Source of the DNA: Thermoplasmata archaeon
GTDB taxonomy: Archaea > Thermoplasmatota > Thermoplasmata > Lutacidiplasmatales > UBA184
Direction: 5' to 3'
Length of the DNA: 64,000 nt
Assembly (NCBI GenBank): GCA_030038095.1
Contig: JASHPK010000010.1
Coordinates: forward strand, 2,309 to 66,308
The position numbers were made by a program, and so were the translations under genes. Below the pieces are notes generated by a model. The model made no database searches. It was not told where the DNA came from and was given only the letters and a program-made list of their open reading frames with translations. This document shows, piece by piece, positions 18,114 to 27,099 of the stretch. The stretch's first letter is position 1. Every line of letters starts with the position of its first letter.

Positions 18114-19589
18114 TCACTTGGCGCGCACGAGCGGGAAGAGGATCACGTCCTTGATGGAGGCGGCCCCGGTGAGCGCGATCGCCATCCGGTCGATCCCGAT
18201 CCCGATGCCGGTGTTGGGCGGCAGCCCGTATCGGAGCGCGCGCACGAAGTCGGCGTCGTAGGCGTAGTGATCCTCCCCGCGCTGGCTGAGCTGCTCGCGG
18301 AAACGCCGTTCCTGCTCGTCGGGGTCGTTGAGCTCGGTGTACGCGTTCCCGAGCTCGAAACCGCGATAGAAGAACTCGAACCGCTCGACCCGTCCCGGCT
18401 TGTCGCGGTGCCGTTTCGCGAGCGGGGTGGTCGCCATCGGGTGGTCGAGGACGAACGTCGGAGCGGTGAGGGTCGGTTCGACGTAGTGCTCGAACAGCTT
18501 GTCGAGGAAGACCCCGCTCGGGGAGTCGTCGGGGACGGTGGAGCCGGCGGCCCGGGCGAGCGCTCGAAGGTCCTCCCGCGAGCGTTCGAGGAGACCCGAC
18601 AGGCCGCTCTGGCGTTCGAGCTCCTCCACGAAGTCGACCGTCGCGAACCCGGCCTCGAACGCGCGGGCCGCCTCCTTCGCGGCCGGCACGTCCGGTAGGA
18701 GCTCCTCCGTCCGCCGGGCGAGGCGGGCGTAGAGGCCCTCCACGAGCGAGCGCATGTCGCGGTAGTCGGCGTAGGCCCAGTACGCCTCGAGCATCGTGAA
18801 TTCGGGCGAGTGGGTCGAGTCGAGGTCCTCGTTGCGGAAGACCCGCCCGATCTCGTAGACCCGCTCGAGGCCGCCCACGAGGAGCCGCTTCAGGTGGAGC
18901 TCGAGCGCGATGCGGAGCTGGACGTCCTCGTCGAGGTAGTTCGAGTGGGTGACGAACGGCTGGGCGGCCGCGCCGCTCGCCACCGGCAGGAGCACCGGGG
19001 TCTCAAACTCGAGGAATCCGGCGGCATCGAAGTGGGCGCGGACCTCGCGGACGAGGAGCGAACGGGCGCGAAACCGGGCCCGGCTCTCGGGGGACGCGAT
19101 CAGGTCGAGATACCGGCGGCGGATCCGCTCCTCGGGGTCCTGAAGGCCGTGGAACTTCTCGGGCGGCGGCGACACGGCCTTCGCGAGCAGCGTGAGCGAA
19201 CCGACGAGGAGCGACGGCTCCCCGCGCCGGGAGACCGAGGGAGCGCCCTCGGCCCCGACGATATCGCCGGGATCGAGATCCGCGAGCCAGGAGCCGTAGG
19301 CCGCCTCCCCGAGCTCATCGACCCGCAGGAACAGCTGGATCGAGCCCGCGAGGTCGTCGAGGTCGGCGAACGCGGTGCGGCCGTGCACCCGGACCGCTCG
19401 CAGCCGCCCGGCGACCCGGAGGGGGTGCGCCGAGTCACTCTCCCCCGGGCGCAGCCGGGCACAAGCCGTCCGCACGACTTCGGTGGAGACGCGGCCCGGG
19501 AACGACCAGGGGAACGGCTCGCGCCCCTCCGAGCGCCACCGGGCGACCTTCGCGCGCCGTTCCCGCTCGAGCGGCGTCTCATCCTGCAT
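18114..19589 (-). CDS. lysS: Lysyl-tRNA synthetase, class II (bacterial type)
   Basis: N-terminal OB anticodon-binding domain. Motif 2 is FRNEDLDSTHSPEFTMLEAYWAYADY and motif 3 is GIGIGIDRMAIALTG...SIKDVILFP, which is diagnostic for class II LysRS rather than AspRS/AsnRS. Confidence 0.85.
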   Translation of the reverse strand: MQDETPLERERRAKVARWRSEGREPFPWSFPGRVSTEVVRTACARLRPGESDSAHPLRVAGRLRAVRVHGRTAFADLDDLAGSIQLFLRVDELGEAAYGSWLADLDPGDIVGAEGAPSVSRRGEPSLLVGSLTLLAKAVSPPPEKFHGLQDPEERIRRRYLDLIASPESRARFRARSLLVREVRAHFDAAGFLEFETPVLLPVASGAAAQPFVTHSNYLDEDVQLRIALELHLKRLLVGGLERVYEIGRVFRNEDLDSTHSPEFTMLEAYWAYADYRDMRSLVEGLYARLARRTEELLPDVPAAKEAARAFEAGFATVDFVEELERQSGLSGLLERSREDLRALARAAGSTVPDDSPSGVFLDKLFEHYVEPTLTAPTFVLDHPMATTPLAKRHRDKPGRVERFEFFYRGFELGNAYTELNDPDEQERRFREQLSQRGEDHYAYDADFVRALRYGLPPNTGIGIGIDRMAIALTGAASIKDVILFPLVRAK

Positions 19590-19650
19590 CGGAGAACCCG
19601 GGGCCGGTCGAGGAGGGGCGACTACAAGAATTGCGTGGCGCGCCCCGGCA

Positions 19651-20052
19651 TTACGGGGGAGGCATCTCGATCGCGAGGCGCTCGACCCCGCCCGGCCGCA
19701 GGAGCGCGAGGTGCTCGGGGACCGCCGGTTCCTTTCCCGCGGGACGCGCGGGCTCGTGGAGGAGGAGGAACGTCCCGAGGAAGAACTCGGCGGCTGCGTC
19801 GCCGCCCCCGATGCCGTAGCTGACGTAGTCGGAGAAGTAGACGTGAATCTGGCCCGATCGGTGGCGGCGGAGCGCTTCGAGAAAGCGAGTCAGGTCCTGC
19901 GGGTCCTTGCGGCTGAGCTCGTCCACGAGGTCGCGCAGGAGGGGTCGCTGGCTGATCCCGGCGAGGCCGTCGTAGGAGAGATAGACCGCCGGGCGGGGAT
20001 CGAGAGCGACGACGTCGAGGCGCAGCACGCCTTCGACCGGCTTCGTGCGCAT
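19651..20052 (-). CDS. Hypothetical protein (133 aa), transcribed just upstream of lysS
   Basis: Good GC3 bias. Contains a VYFSDYVSYGIGGG segment. I recognise no family. Confidence 0.4.
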   Translation of the reverse strand: MRTKPVEGVLRLDVVALDPRPAVYLSYDGLAGISQRPLLRDLVDELSRKDPQDLTRFLEALRRHRSGQIHVYFSDYVSYGIGGGDAAAEFFLGTFLLLHEPARPAGKEPAVPEHLALLRPGGVERLAIEMPPP

Positions 20053-20135
20053 AGCGAGCCGCCTACCCGGCTCTCGTTAAGAAGACTTCGGGCCGGCGCC
20101 TCCGGAGGCGGCCGGCCCGGCCGATCGCGTTCCCG

Positions 20136-21764
20136 CTAGTGCTCGTGGCCGCCCGGTCCCCCGCCGGGCGGCGTGGGGCTCGACTTCTTCGAGGCGATCA
20201 CGTCGTCGATGCGGAGCACCATGGTCGCGACCTCGACCGCGGAGCTCAGGGCCTGGCGCTTCACGCGCACCGGCTCGATCACGTGGAGCTTCCACATGTC
20301 GGTCGCCTTCCCGTCCGCGAAGTTGAGGCCCATGTTCTTGTTGGCGCTCGGTCCGTCATGCGAGCTCCGAAGGTCGATGAGGACGTTGATCGAGTCGAAG
20401 CCCCCGTTCTCGGCGAGGGCCCAGGGAACGGCCTCCAGCGACTGGGCGAACGCCTCCACGGCGAGCTGTTCCCGTCCGCCGACCGAACCCGCCCACTTGC
20501 GGAGCTTGACCGCGAGTTCCATCTCGGTCGCGCCGCCACCGGGGGCCACCACGCCGTCCTCGATGACGCTCCCGACGACCTTGAGCGCGTCGTGCAGGGA
20601 CCGCTCGACCTCCTGGGTCACGTGCTCCGTTCCCCCGCGGACGAGGATCGAGACCGATCGGGGATTCGAGCAGCCCGTCACGAAGGTCATCTTGTCCTCG
20701 CCGACCTTCCGCTCGTCGACCTTCGTCGCCGAGCCGAGGTCCGCGGCGGTGAGCTCCTTGATCCCCGTGACGATCTTCCCGCCGGTCGCGCGCGCGAGCT
20801 TCTGCAGGTCCGACTCCTTCACCTGCTTCACCGCGTAGATGCCTTCCTTCGCGAGGTAGTGCAGGACGACGTCGTCGATCCCCTTCTGGCAGACCACCAC
20901 GTTGGCCCCGACGGCCTTGACCGCGTCGACCATCCGCCGGAACGTGCGGTCCTCCTCGTCGAGGAAGCTCTGGACCTGGGTCGGATTCTTGATGTTGATC
21001 TTGCTCTCGATTTCGGTCTTCTTGATCTCGAGGGCGGAGTTGAGCAGCGCGATCTTCGCGCCCGTGACCTCTCCCGGCATCCGCGGGTGGCCCCGCTCCT
21101 TGTCGAGGAGGATCCCCTCGATCAGCTCGGTGTCGGAGATCGTGCCGCCGTGGCGCTTCTCGACCTTGATCTGGTCGACGTCGCACACGGTGCGATCCCC
21201 GCGCTCCTCGGCGATCCGCTGGACCGCCTGGACGGCGATCTTTGCGAGCTGTTCGCGCGAGCCCATGACGCCCTTCGAACCCATGGCGGTCGTGGCGCAG
21301 TCCACGAGGACCGTGTCGTCCCCTTTCTTCACCGGGATCCCGATCTCCTGCTCCAGGAGGCGCTTCGCCTCGGCGACCCCGAGCTGAAAGCCGCGGGTGA
21401 TCACGGTCGGGTGGACGTTCTGGTCGAGCAGTGACTCGGCGCGCTTCAAGAGCTCGCCGGAGAGCACGACCGCGGTGGTCGTGCCGTCGCCGCACTGCTG
21501 GTCCTGGGTCTTCGCGACCTCGACCAGCATCTTGGCGGCGGGATGCTCGACGTCGATCTCCTTGAGGATCGTCACGCCGTCGTTGGTGATCGTGATGTCG
21601 CCCATGCCGTCGACCAGCATCTTGTCCATGCCGCGCGGTCCGAGCGTGGTGCGCACCGTGTCCGCCACGGCGCGGGCGGCGGCGATATTGTTCGTGGTCG
21701 CGCTCTTGCCGCGTTCGCGCTCGGTTCCTTCCTTCAGCACGAGGATCGGGGTGCCCTGAAGCAT
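20136..21764 (-). CDS. ths: Thermosome subunit (group II chaperonin)
   Basis: [44 protein letters not shown] and [13 protein letters not shown] are canonical thermosome/CCT motifs. Confidence 0.95.
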   Translation of the reverse strand: MLQGTPILVLKEGTERERGKSATTNNIAAARAVADTVRTTLGPRGMDKMLVDGMGDITITNDGVTILKEIDVEHPAAKMLVEVAKTQDQQCGDGTTTAVVLSGELLKRAESLLDQNVHPTVITRGFQLGVAEAKRLLEQEIGIPVKKGDDTVLVDCATTAMGSKGVMGSREQLAKIAVQAVQRIAEERGDRTVCDVDQIKVEKRHGGTISDTELIEGILLDKERGHPRMPGEVTGAKIALLNSALEIKKTEIESKINIKNPTQVQSFLDEEDRTFRRMVDAVKAVGANVVVCQKGIDDVVLHYLAKEGIYAVKQVKESDLQKLARATGGKIVTGIKELTAADLGSATKVDERKVGEDKMTFVTGCSNPRSVSILVRGGTEHVTQEVERSLHDALKVVGSVIEDGVVAPGGGATEMELAVKLRKWAGSVGGREQLAVEAFAQSLEAVPWALAENGGFDSINVLIDLRSSHDGPSANKNMGLNFADGKATDMWKLHVIEPVRVKRQALSSAVEVATMVLRIDDVIASKKSSPTPPGGGPGGHEH

Positions 21765-21781
21765 CGGCTCACCAGCTTTGG

Positions 21782-21812
21782 CAGAATTGCTCTTCTATAT
21801 AATGTTAATCAA
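21782..21812 (-). promoter_or_regulatory. Archaeal BRE/TATA promoter of the thermosome gene
   Basis: The minus strand reads GGTTTGATTAACATTATATAGAAGAG about 30-40 nt upstream of the ATG at 21764. It is the most AT-rich segment in the neighbourhood. Confidence 0.5.
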
Positions 21813-21894
21813 ACCGCGCGGGCGAGGGGGTCGAGGCCCTCGCCTCGCGCGGGTATCCCTCATCTCGCGTCGCCGAATCCGTTGAATCGTTTCA

Positions 21895-21912
21895 CCGCTC
21901 TATAAATAGGGG
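21895..21912 (+). promoter_or_regulatory. TATA box (CTCTATAAATAGG) about 25 nt upstream of the ATG at 21932, suggesting a leaderless transcript
   Basis: A TATAAATA motif in an otherwise high-GC region, at the expected spacing for a leaderless archaeal mRNA. Confidence 0.45.
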
Positions 21913-21931
21913 TTCGAGACGTTTATTTCGC

Positions 21932-22729
21932 ATGGCGCCGCCGGGCCCCGACGCACCCGAGTCGCGTGAGCTTCCGAGCGGGCCCTGGCGGGACGCGAGC
22001 GATCCGGGTCGAAATCCGGCCCAGGGGGCACTCCCGAGTCCGCGCCAGGACCGGGTCGTATCGATCCCCCTCATCCGTCTGTTCGCTCCCGAGGCGGACC
22101 CGACCGAGCGCTTCCCGCGGGAGCGGGCGGACCTCGAAGGGTACGTGCTCGCGCCGGACCGCACGATCACGGTCGCCCTCACCGCGGAGGGCCCTCGGGC
22201 GCTCGACTTACTCGACTCGATCTGGAACGCCGTGGAACGCAAGCGGGTCGGCCGCCGCAACCATCTCGTTCTCGACGAGCGTGGCCGGACCGTCTGCGTC
22301 ATGTCCCTCGGGGTCGAGATCCCGCCCGAGACGCTCGAGCTCCTCCGTTCCCTGCTCGTGGTGCCGGTGCGCCTCGGCGGGGGATTCGCCGAGGTGCACT
22401 TCCTCGCGAGCGACCCCGAGACCCACTCGCTCGTCCGGACCCTGGAGGAGATCGGCCACCCGGGCCCGGCTCCCTCGACGGTCGCCCTGCCGCCGGCCCG
22501 CGAGACCGGACCCCTTCGATCGGAGGACTGGGCGTTCCTCGGCTTCCTCTCCGCGATCGGCGCGTTCGAGGGCCCCGACGGTCCGACCCCGGACGCTGTG
22601 GCGGCCCTGCTCGGCACCGACCCCGCGTCGTTCGCGGCCCAAGCCCGGGCGGTGGAGTCGGGGTTGAGAGGGCTCGTGACGGGGATGTTCTCGCCGCCGG
22701 CAGGGAGTCCGCCCGGAGCGGTACCATGA
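21932..22729 (+). CDS. Hypothetical protein (265 aa), first gene of an overlapping two-gene unit
   Basis: Strong GC3 bias on the + strand. The opposite-strand 511-aa ORF (21892..23427) is Arg/Ser-rich shadow. The C-terminal part is HTH-like (RSEDWAFLGFLSAIGAF...AVESGLRGLV). Confidence 0.45.
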   Translation: MAPPGPDAPESRELPSGPWRDASDPGRNPAQGALPSPRQDRVVSIPLIRLFAPEADPTERFPRERADLEGYVLAPDRTITVALTAEGPRALDLLDSIWNAVERKRVGRRNHLVLDERGRTVCVMSLGVEIPPETLELLRSLLVVPVRLGGGFAEVHFLASDPETHSLVRTLEEIGHPGPAPSTVALPPARETGPLRSEDWAFLGFLSAIGAFEGPDGPTPDAVAALLGTDPASFAAQARAVESGLRGLVTGMFSPPAGSPPGAVP

Positions 22730-23535
22730 TGCGATTGATCGGAGCGCCCGAGGAACTGCCGGCCGGAAGCCACTCGCTGAGCCTCTACGCCTCCCCCCGG
22801 GAGGCGGCCGATCAGATGGCGAGCTTCCTCAAGGGGGCCCGGGAACTCGGACAGCCGGCGCTCGTCCTGACGGACAACGACTCGATGATGCCCCTGTACC
22901 GGGAAGCGGTGGCGCAGACCGTTCCCGAGCTCATGGACTCGTTCCGCCGCATCCCCGGTTCCCATACCTACGAGACCCCCGAGGGGCGGCGACCCGTGCC
23001 GGCCGCGCTCGAGTTCGCGGCCTCCCATCCCGAGGGAGCGAGCCTGTGCGGCGACACGATCCCGAGCATCCTCAACCGGAACAGCCTCGCATCGGTCCTC
23101 GCCTACGAGGACTGGTTCGATACCCTCCGTCCCTTCTACCACCGGGGCCTCTGCCCCTACGACCTCGGCCGGATCCCCGTAGAACGGGCTCCCGAGGCGT
23201 TGGAGCGCCTCGCCGGGGCGCACACCCACGCCGTCCTCTCGAACGACCCGAGCCCCGGCGTGCGCTTCCTCCAGCTGCTCGTCCTGCCGCACGTCGAGAA
23301 CCCCCCCTCCGAGCACCTCGGCTGGCTCGCCCAAGCCGTGGAGTACGGTCTCATTCAGGAGGAGCCCGGGGAGCGGTCGGTAGGGCTGACGCCCCGCGGA
23401 GCGGATTTCGCCCGGGCCCTGTTCCACCTTCCCGAGTACGCCCGGCGCGCGGACGAACTCGCCCGCCGTCGGCAGCGGAGCGGGACGGACCGGGACGCGG
23501 CCGTCGAACGTCGTACCGAACGACCCGAAGAGTGA
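22726..23535 (+). CDS. MEDS-like (DcmR-type sensory domain) protein with a probable C-terminal DNA-binding region
   Basis: The N-terminus (SHSLSLYASPREAADQMASFLKGARELGQPALVL) fits the MEDS pattern H-x-h-x-h-Y...F-L-x-G-h-x-x-G. The ATG overlaps the stop of the upstream gene (ATGA). Confidence 0.4.
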   Translation: MMRLIGAPEELPAGSHSLSLYASPREAADQMASFLKGARELGQPALVLTDNDSMMPLYREAVAQTVPELMDSFRRIPGSHTYETPEGRRPVPAALEFAASHPEGASLCGDTIPSILNRNSLASVLAYEDWFDTLRPFYHRGLCPYDLGRIPVERAPEALERLAGAHTHAVLSNDPSPGVRFLQLLVLPHVENPPSEHLGWLAQAVEYGLIQEEPGERSVGLTPRGADFARALFHLPEYARRADELARRRQRSGTDRDAAVERRTERPEE

Positions 23536-23639
23536 CCGCGGTCCCGCGGCGGCGGGCGCGCCGCCCCGATCCGCCCGCCGGCGGCTCCGCGATCGGACCC
23601 CCGGCCGCGCCAGGAAGTGTCGGCGGGGTTAGCGGATAG

Positions 23640-23668
23640 GTTAAGCTTATCTAATCATTCCAGCCCCT
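23640..23668 (+). promoter_or_regulatory. AT-rich promoter with a perfect 8-bp palindrome (TAAGCTTA) upstream of the MarR gene; candidate MarR auto-operator
   Basis: The sequence is GGTTAAGCTTATCTAATCATT. It is the only AT-rich run in about 1 kb and lies 10-35 nt upstream of the ATG at 23676. Confidence 0.35.
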
Positions 23669-23675
23669 TAACCAA

Positions 23676-24156
23676 CATGGGGAAGGCCGGGCCTCGCGCG
23701 GACGAGGCGGACGTCTGGCCGGCGCTCCGCGACGCCCTCTCCGAGACCCGGCTGCTCAGCCACCAGCTCCTGCGGAGCTCCCGGCTCTCGATGGGCCAGG
23801 CGCTCACCCTGCACTGGATCGAGGCGAAGGACGGACTTCGGCTCTCGGGCCTGGCCGAGGGGCTCGGCATCACCCGGCCCGCCGCCACGTCGCTGGTCAC
23901 CTCGCTCGAGACCCGCGGCTGGGCGCGCCGGGAGCGTTCGTCGACGGACCGGCGGGGGGTCCTGGTCCGGATCACGCCGAAGGGTCGGGCCCTCCTCGCG
24001 ACGTTCGACCGCCAGGTCGAGCGCATCGTCCGCCGGACCCTCGCCGGCACCCCTCGGTCGGCGCGGGTCCCGACGGTCGCCACCCTGCGGACGCTGCAGT
24101 CCGGGATCCGGGCCTGGCGAGAACGGGCCTGGGCCGGAGCGAAATCGCACCCATGA
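23676..24156 (+). CDS. MarR-family transcriptional regulator
   Basis: Winged-helix MarR core (LSMGQALTLHWIEAKDGLRLSGLAEGLGITRPAATSLVTSLETRGWARRERSSTDRRGVLVRITPKGRAL). The start was chosen at MGKAG next to the promoter. Confidence 0.75.
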
Positions 24157-25685
24157 CCGCGAACGTGCGGAACGGCGGAGCCGTTGCGAACGGCAACGGG
24201 GCGAGCGAACCGTTCGACGCGGCGTACGCGCGTCGCGTAATGTGGATCCTGGCGGCACTGGTCACGCTCGTCCTCTACGTCGAGGGGATGTTGACCCCCT
24301 CGCTCCCGACGATCGCGAAGCAGTTCAGCATCAGCTCGAGCCAGGCGAGCCTGATCCTCTCCTCGTACATCATCACGGGCGTCGCGCTGAGTCCCGTGGT
24401 CGGCAAGCTCGGGGACATCTACGGAAAGAAGCGGATGCTCGGGATCGTGATCGCGATTTACGCGGTCTGCGTCTCCGTCACCGGCTTCTCGCCGACCTTC
24501 GCGTTCATGGTGGGCGCCCGCGCGTTCCAGGGGATCGGTCTCACGATCTTCCCGCTCGGCATGAGCCTGGTCCGGGAGGAGTTTCCCCGCTCGCTCGTCC
24601 CGAGGGCCCAGGGGTTCCTGAGCGCGATGTTCGGGGCCGGGTTCGCGATCAGCCTGCCGCTCGGCGCTTGGGTCTCGAACAACTACGGCTGGCGGGTCAC
24701 CTACCACTCCGCCATCCCGTTCGTCGTCGCGCTCGCGGTCCTCGTCTTCCTGTTCGTGCGGGAATCGCGGTACCGACGGCCGGAGGCCAAGGTCGACTAC
24801 GTCGGCGCGTCGATGCTCGGGCTCTCGCTGGCCCTCATCGTGCTCGCGCTCTCCGAAGGGCCGAGCTGGGGCTGGCTCGCGAGCTCGACCCTCGCCCTCT
24901 TCGGGATCGGGGCCATCCTCCTCGTGCCCCTCACCCTCTTCGAGCGGCGGTACCAGCGCTCCGGCGGGGAGGCGATCCTCGACTTCCGGCTGCTGAGGCA
25001 GCGCAACGTGATCGTGACCAACCTCGTGGGGGCCGTGGCGGGACTCGGGATGTATCTCGCCCTGCTCTCGCTCACCTACCTCTATCAGGTCCCCGTCGCG
25101 GCCGGCGGGTTCGGCAAGGACATCCTCGGCGCCGGCGTCTCCCTCGTCCCCCTCGCGATCGGCATGCTCGTCTTCGCCCCGGTCGCCGGGATCCTCGTCT
25201 CCCGGGTCGGTACCCGTCCGATCACCGTGATCGGTGCGGCGGTGACGGGCCTCGGGTTCCTGCTCATGGTGCCGGTCCAGTCGTACGACTCGCTCCTCGC
25301 CGTCGAGTTCGTGGTCGGCTCCGGGATCGGGATCGTCAATGCGGGGATGATCAACCTCCTGGTGCTCACGGTCGATCCCCGCGACATGGGCCTCGCGACC
25401 TCGATGTCCGCGGTGTTCCGGAACGTCGGTTCGGCGATCGGCGCGCCGCTCTCGGGATCGCTCCTCGCGACGTTCACGACCTCGTACTTCGGCCAATCGC
25501 TCCCCGCCCACGACGCCTTCGCCTGGTCGTTCGGGCTCGCCGCGGTCGCCTTCCTCTTCGCGGGCGGATTCATTCTCTTCGGCCGGGAGGTCCTCGGCCG
25601 TCGCGCTCGTCCCCTCGACGCCTCTGCGTCGGAAAGGCCCGTGGCCTCGAGCGAGGCGGCCGGGCCGGCCCCCCGGCCCGAGTGA
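24153..25685 (+). CDS. MFS transporter, DHA2/EmrB-like 14-TM drug:H+ antiporter
   Basis: 510 aa with 14 hydrophobic segments. MFS motif A is GKLGDIYGKKRM. It is translationally coupled to MarR (ATGA). Confidence 0.85.
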   Translation: MTANVRNGGAVANGNGASEPFDAAYARRVMWILAALVTLVLYVEGMLTPSLPTIAKQFSISSSQASLILSSYIITGVALSPVVGKLGDIYGKKRMLGIVIAIYAVCVSVTGFSPTFAFMVGARAFQGIGLTIFPLGMSLVREEFPRSLVPRAQGFLSAMFGAGFAISLPLGAWVSNNYGWRVTYHSAIPFVVALAVLVFLFVRESRYRRPEAKVDYVGASMLGLSLALIVLALSEGPSWGWLASSTLALFGIGAILLVPLTLFERRYQRSGGEAILDFRLLRQRNVIVTNLVGAVAGLGMYLALLSLTYLYQVPVAAGGFGKDILGAGVSLVPLAIGMLVFAPVAGILVSRVGTRPITVIGAAVTGLGFLLMVPVQSYDSLLAVEFVVGSGIGIVNAGMINLLVLTVDPRDMGLATSMSAVFRNVGSAIGAPLSGSLLATFTTSYFGQSLPAHDAFAWSFGLAAVAFLFAGGFILFGREVLGRRARPLDASASERPVASSEAAGPAPRPE

Positions 25686-25762
25686 GACCGACGGGCCCGC
25701 GGTCGGCCCCGCGAGCCGCGGACGCGGGAGGAGCCTAAATGTCGGGCTCCGATGCCTAGGTA

Positions 25763-26155
25763 ATGGCCGGGGCTCCCATCCGACTCCATCACGTTCTCCT
25801 CGCGAGCCCGCCCGGCTCGGAGGGCGAAGCCCGCCGATTCTTCGGCGAGCTCCTCGGCCTGGCGGAGGTCCCGAAGCCCGCCTCCCTCGCGCGCCGCGGG
25901 GGCGTGTGGTTCGAGCTCGAGGACGGTCAGCTTCACATCGGGATCGAGCGGGAGTTCCGACCGGCCGAGAAGGCGCACCCGGCGTTCGCGGTCCCGGACC
26001 TCGCTGCCCTCCGCCGCCGTCTCATCGCCGCCGGCGTGGAGACCTGGGAGGACGAGCCGTTCCCCGGACGGGATCGCTTCTACGCCCGAGACCCGTTCGG
26101 CAATCGGCTCGAATTCCTCGGTCCCGAGCGCCCCGAGAAGGAGCGCGTCGCCTAG
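25763..26155 (+). CDS. VOC/glyoxalase-bleomycin-resistance family protein
   Basis: 130-aa protein with a conserved VOC fold signature (HHVLLASP...GVWFELEDGQLHIG...DPFGNRLEF). Confidence 0.75.
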   Translation: MAGAPIRLHHVLLASPPGSEGEARRFFGELLGLAEVPKPASLARRGGVWFELEDGQLHIGIEREFRPAEKAHPAFAVPDLAALRRRLIAAGVETWEDEPFPGRDRFYARDPFGNRLEFLGPERPEKERVA

Positions 26156-27099
26156 ACTCCGGCGCCGTCGGACCGCGCGGCCGGGAGCGCGGGAGGCCGG
26201 TCGCGCCGGGCCTCCGCCACGAGGGAGCGGACCCTCTCGCGCTCCTCCTCGGTCAGCGGGAGCCGCGGGGGCCGGACCCGGTCGTTGCCTCGACCGAGCT
26301 CGACCCCGACGGCCTTGATCAGCTGCACGAACTTCGGCCGGGTGTCGAGGCGCAGGAGCGGGAGGAACCAGCGGTAGATCTCGTGCGCCCGACGGCGGTC
26401 GGACCCGGTGCACGCGTCGAAGAGCGCCCGCGACTCCTCGGGCAGGGCGTTCGCGAGCCCGGCGACCCAACCGACCGCCCCGGACGCGACGCCCTCGAGC
26501 ACGCAGTCGTCGAGGCCAACGGCCACGTCGACCCGCTCCCCGAGGAGGGCCCGGATCGCAGAGACCCGCCGGACGTCCCCGCTCGACTCCTTGACGCCGG
26601 TGAGCTGAGGATGCTCCTCGACGAGCTCGAGGATCCGTTCGGGCTCCACGTCGACGCCGTAGGCTCCGGGATTGTTGTAGAGCATGCACGGAAGATCGGT
26701 CGCCCGGATCACGGCCCGGAAGTGCTCGCGGATCTCCCGGGAGTCCCCCCGGTAGACGTACGGGGGAAGGACGAGGAGCCCACGGGCGCCGGACGCCGTC
26801 GCTCCGCGCGCCAGATCCACCGCCTCGGCCGTGCGCAGGGCCCCCACGGCGGCGACCACGGGGACGGCGCCCGGGAGGGCCCGGGCGAGCGAGGCGACGG
26901 CGGCGACCCGTTCGGCGGAGGTGAGCGACGAACCTTCGCCGAGCGACCCTCCCGCGATGACGGCCCCGATCCCGCGCTGAGCGAGCCACCGACCGTGGGC
27001 GGCGAGCGCCTCGTGGTCGACCTCGAGCTCGGGGCCGAACGGAGTGGTGATCGCGACCGACAGGCCCCGCCAGGGGCGTTCCGCCCGATCCGCGGTCAT
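26152..27099 (-). CDS. DapA/NAL-family Schiff-base lyase; candidate 1-pyrroline-4-hydroxy-2-carboxylate deaminase (HypD-like) or DHDPS-like
   Basis: 315 aa collinear with the dihydrodipicolinate synthase family (GIGAVIAGGSLGEGSSLT, LLVLPPYV, catalytic Lys context TGVKESSGD). The 5' half of the 680-aa ORF is rejected because it is an antisense-like Arg-rich extension. Confidence 0.75.
   Translation of the reverse strand: MTADRAERPWRGLSVAITTPFGPELEVDHEALAAHGRWLAQRGIGAVIAGGSLGEGSSLTSAERVAAVASLARALPGAVPVVAAVGALRTAEAVDLARGATASGARGLLVLPPYVYRGDSREIREHFRAVIRATDLPCMLYNNPGAYGVDVEPERILELVEEHPQLTGVKESSGDVRRVSAIRALLGERVDVAVGLDDCVLEGVASGAVGWVAGLANALPEESRALFDACTGSDRRRAHEIYRWFLPLLRLDTRPKFVQLIKAVGVELGRGNDRVRPPRLPLTEEERERVRSLVAEARRDRPPALPAARSDGAGV

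Noticed and set aside
21892-23427. 511-aa minus-strand ORF opposite the MEDS gene pair
   Set aside because: Ser/Arg-rich low-complexity product. The plus-strand frames have proper GC3 bias and a TATA box. Rejected as shadow.
23655-25511. 618-aa minus-strand ORF across MarR/MFS
   Set aside because: It is antisense to a clear 14-TM MFS transporter. The product is extremely charged (R/E/D-rich).
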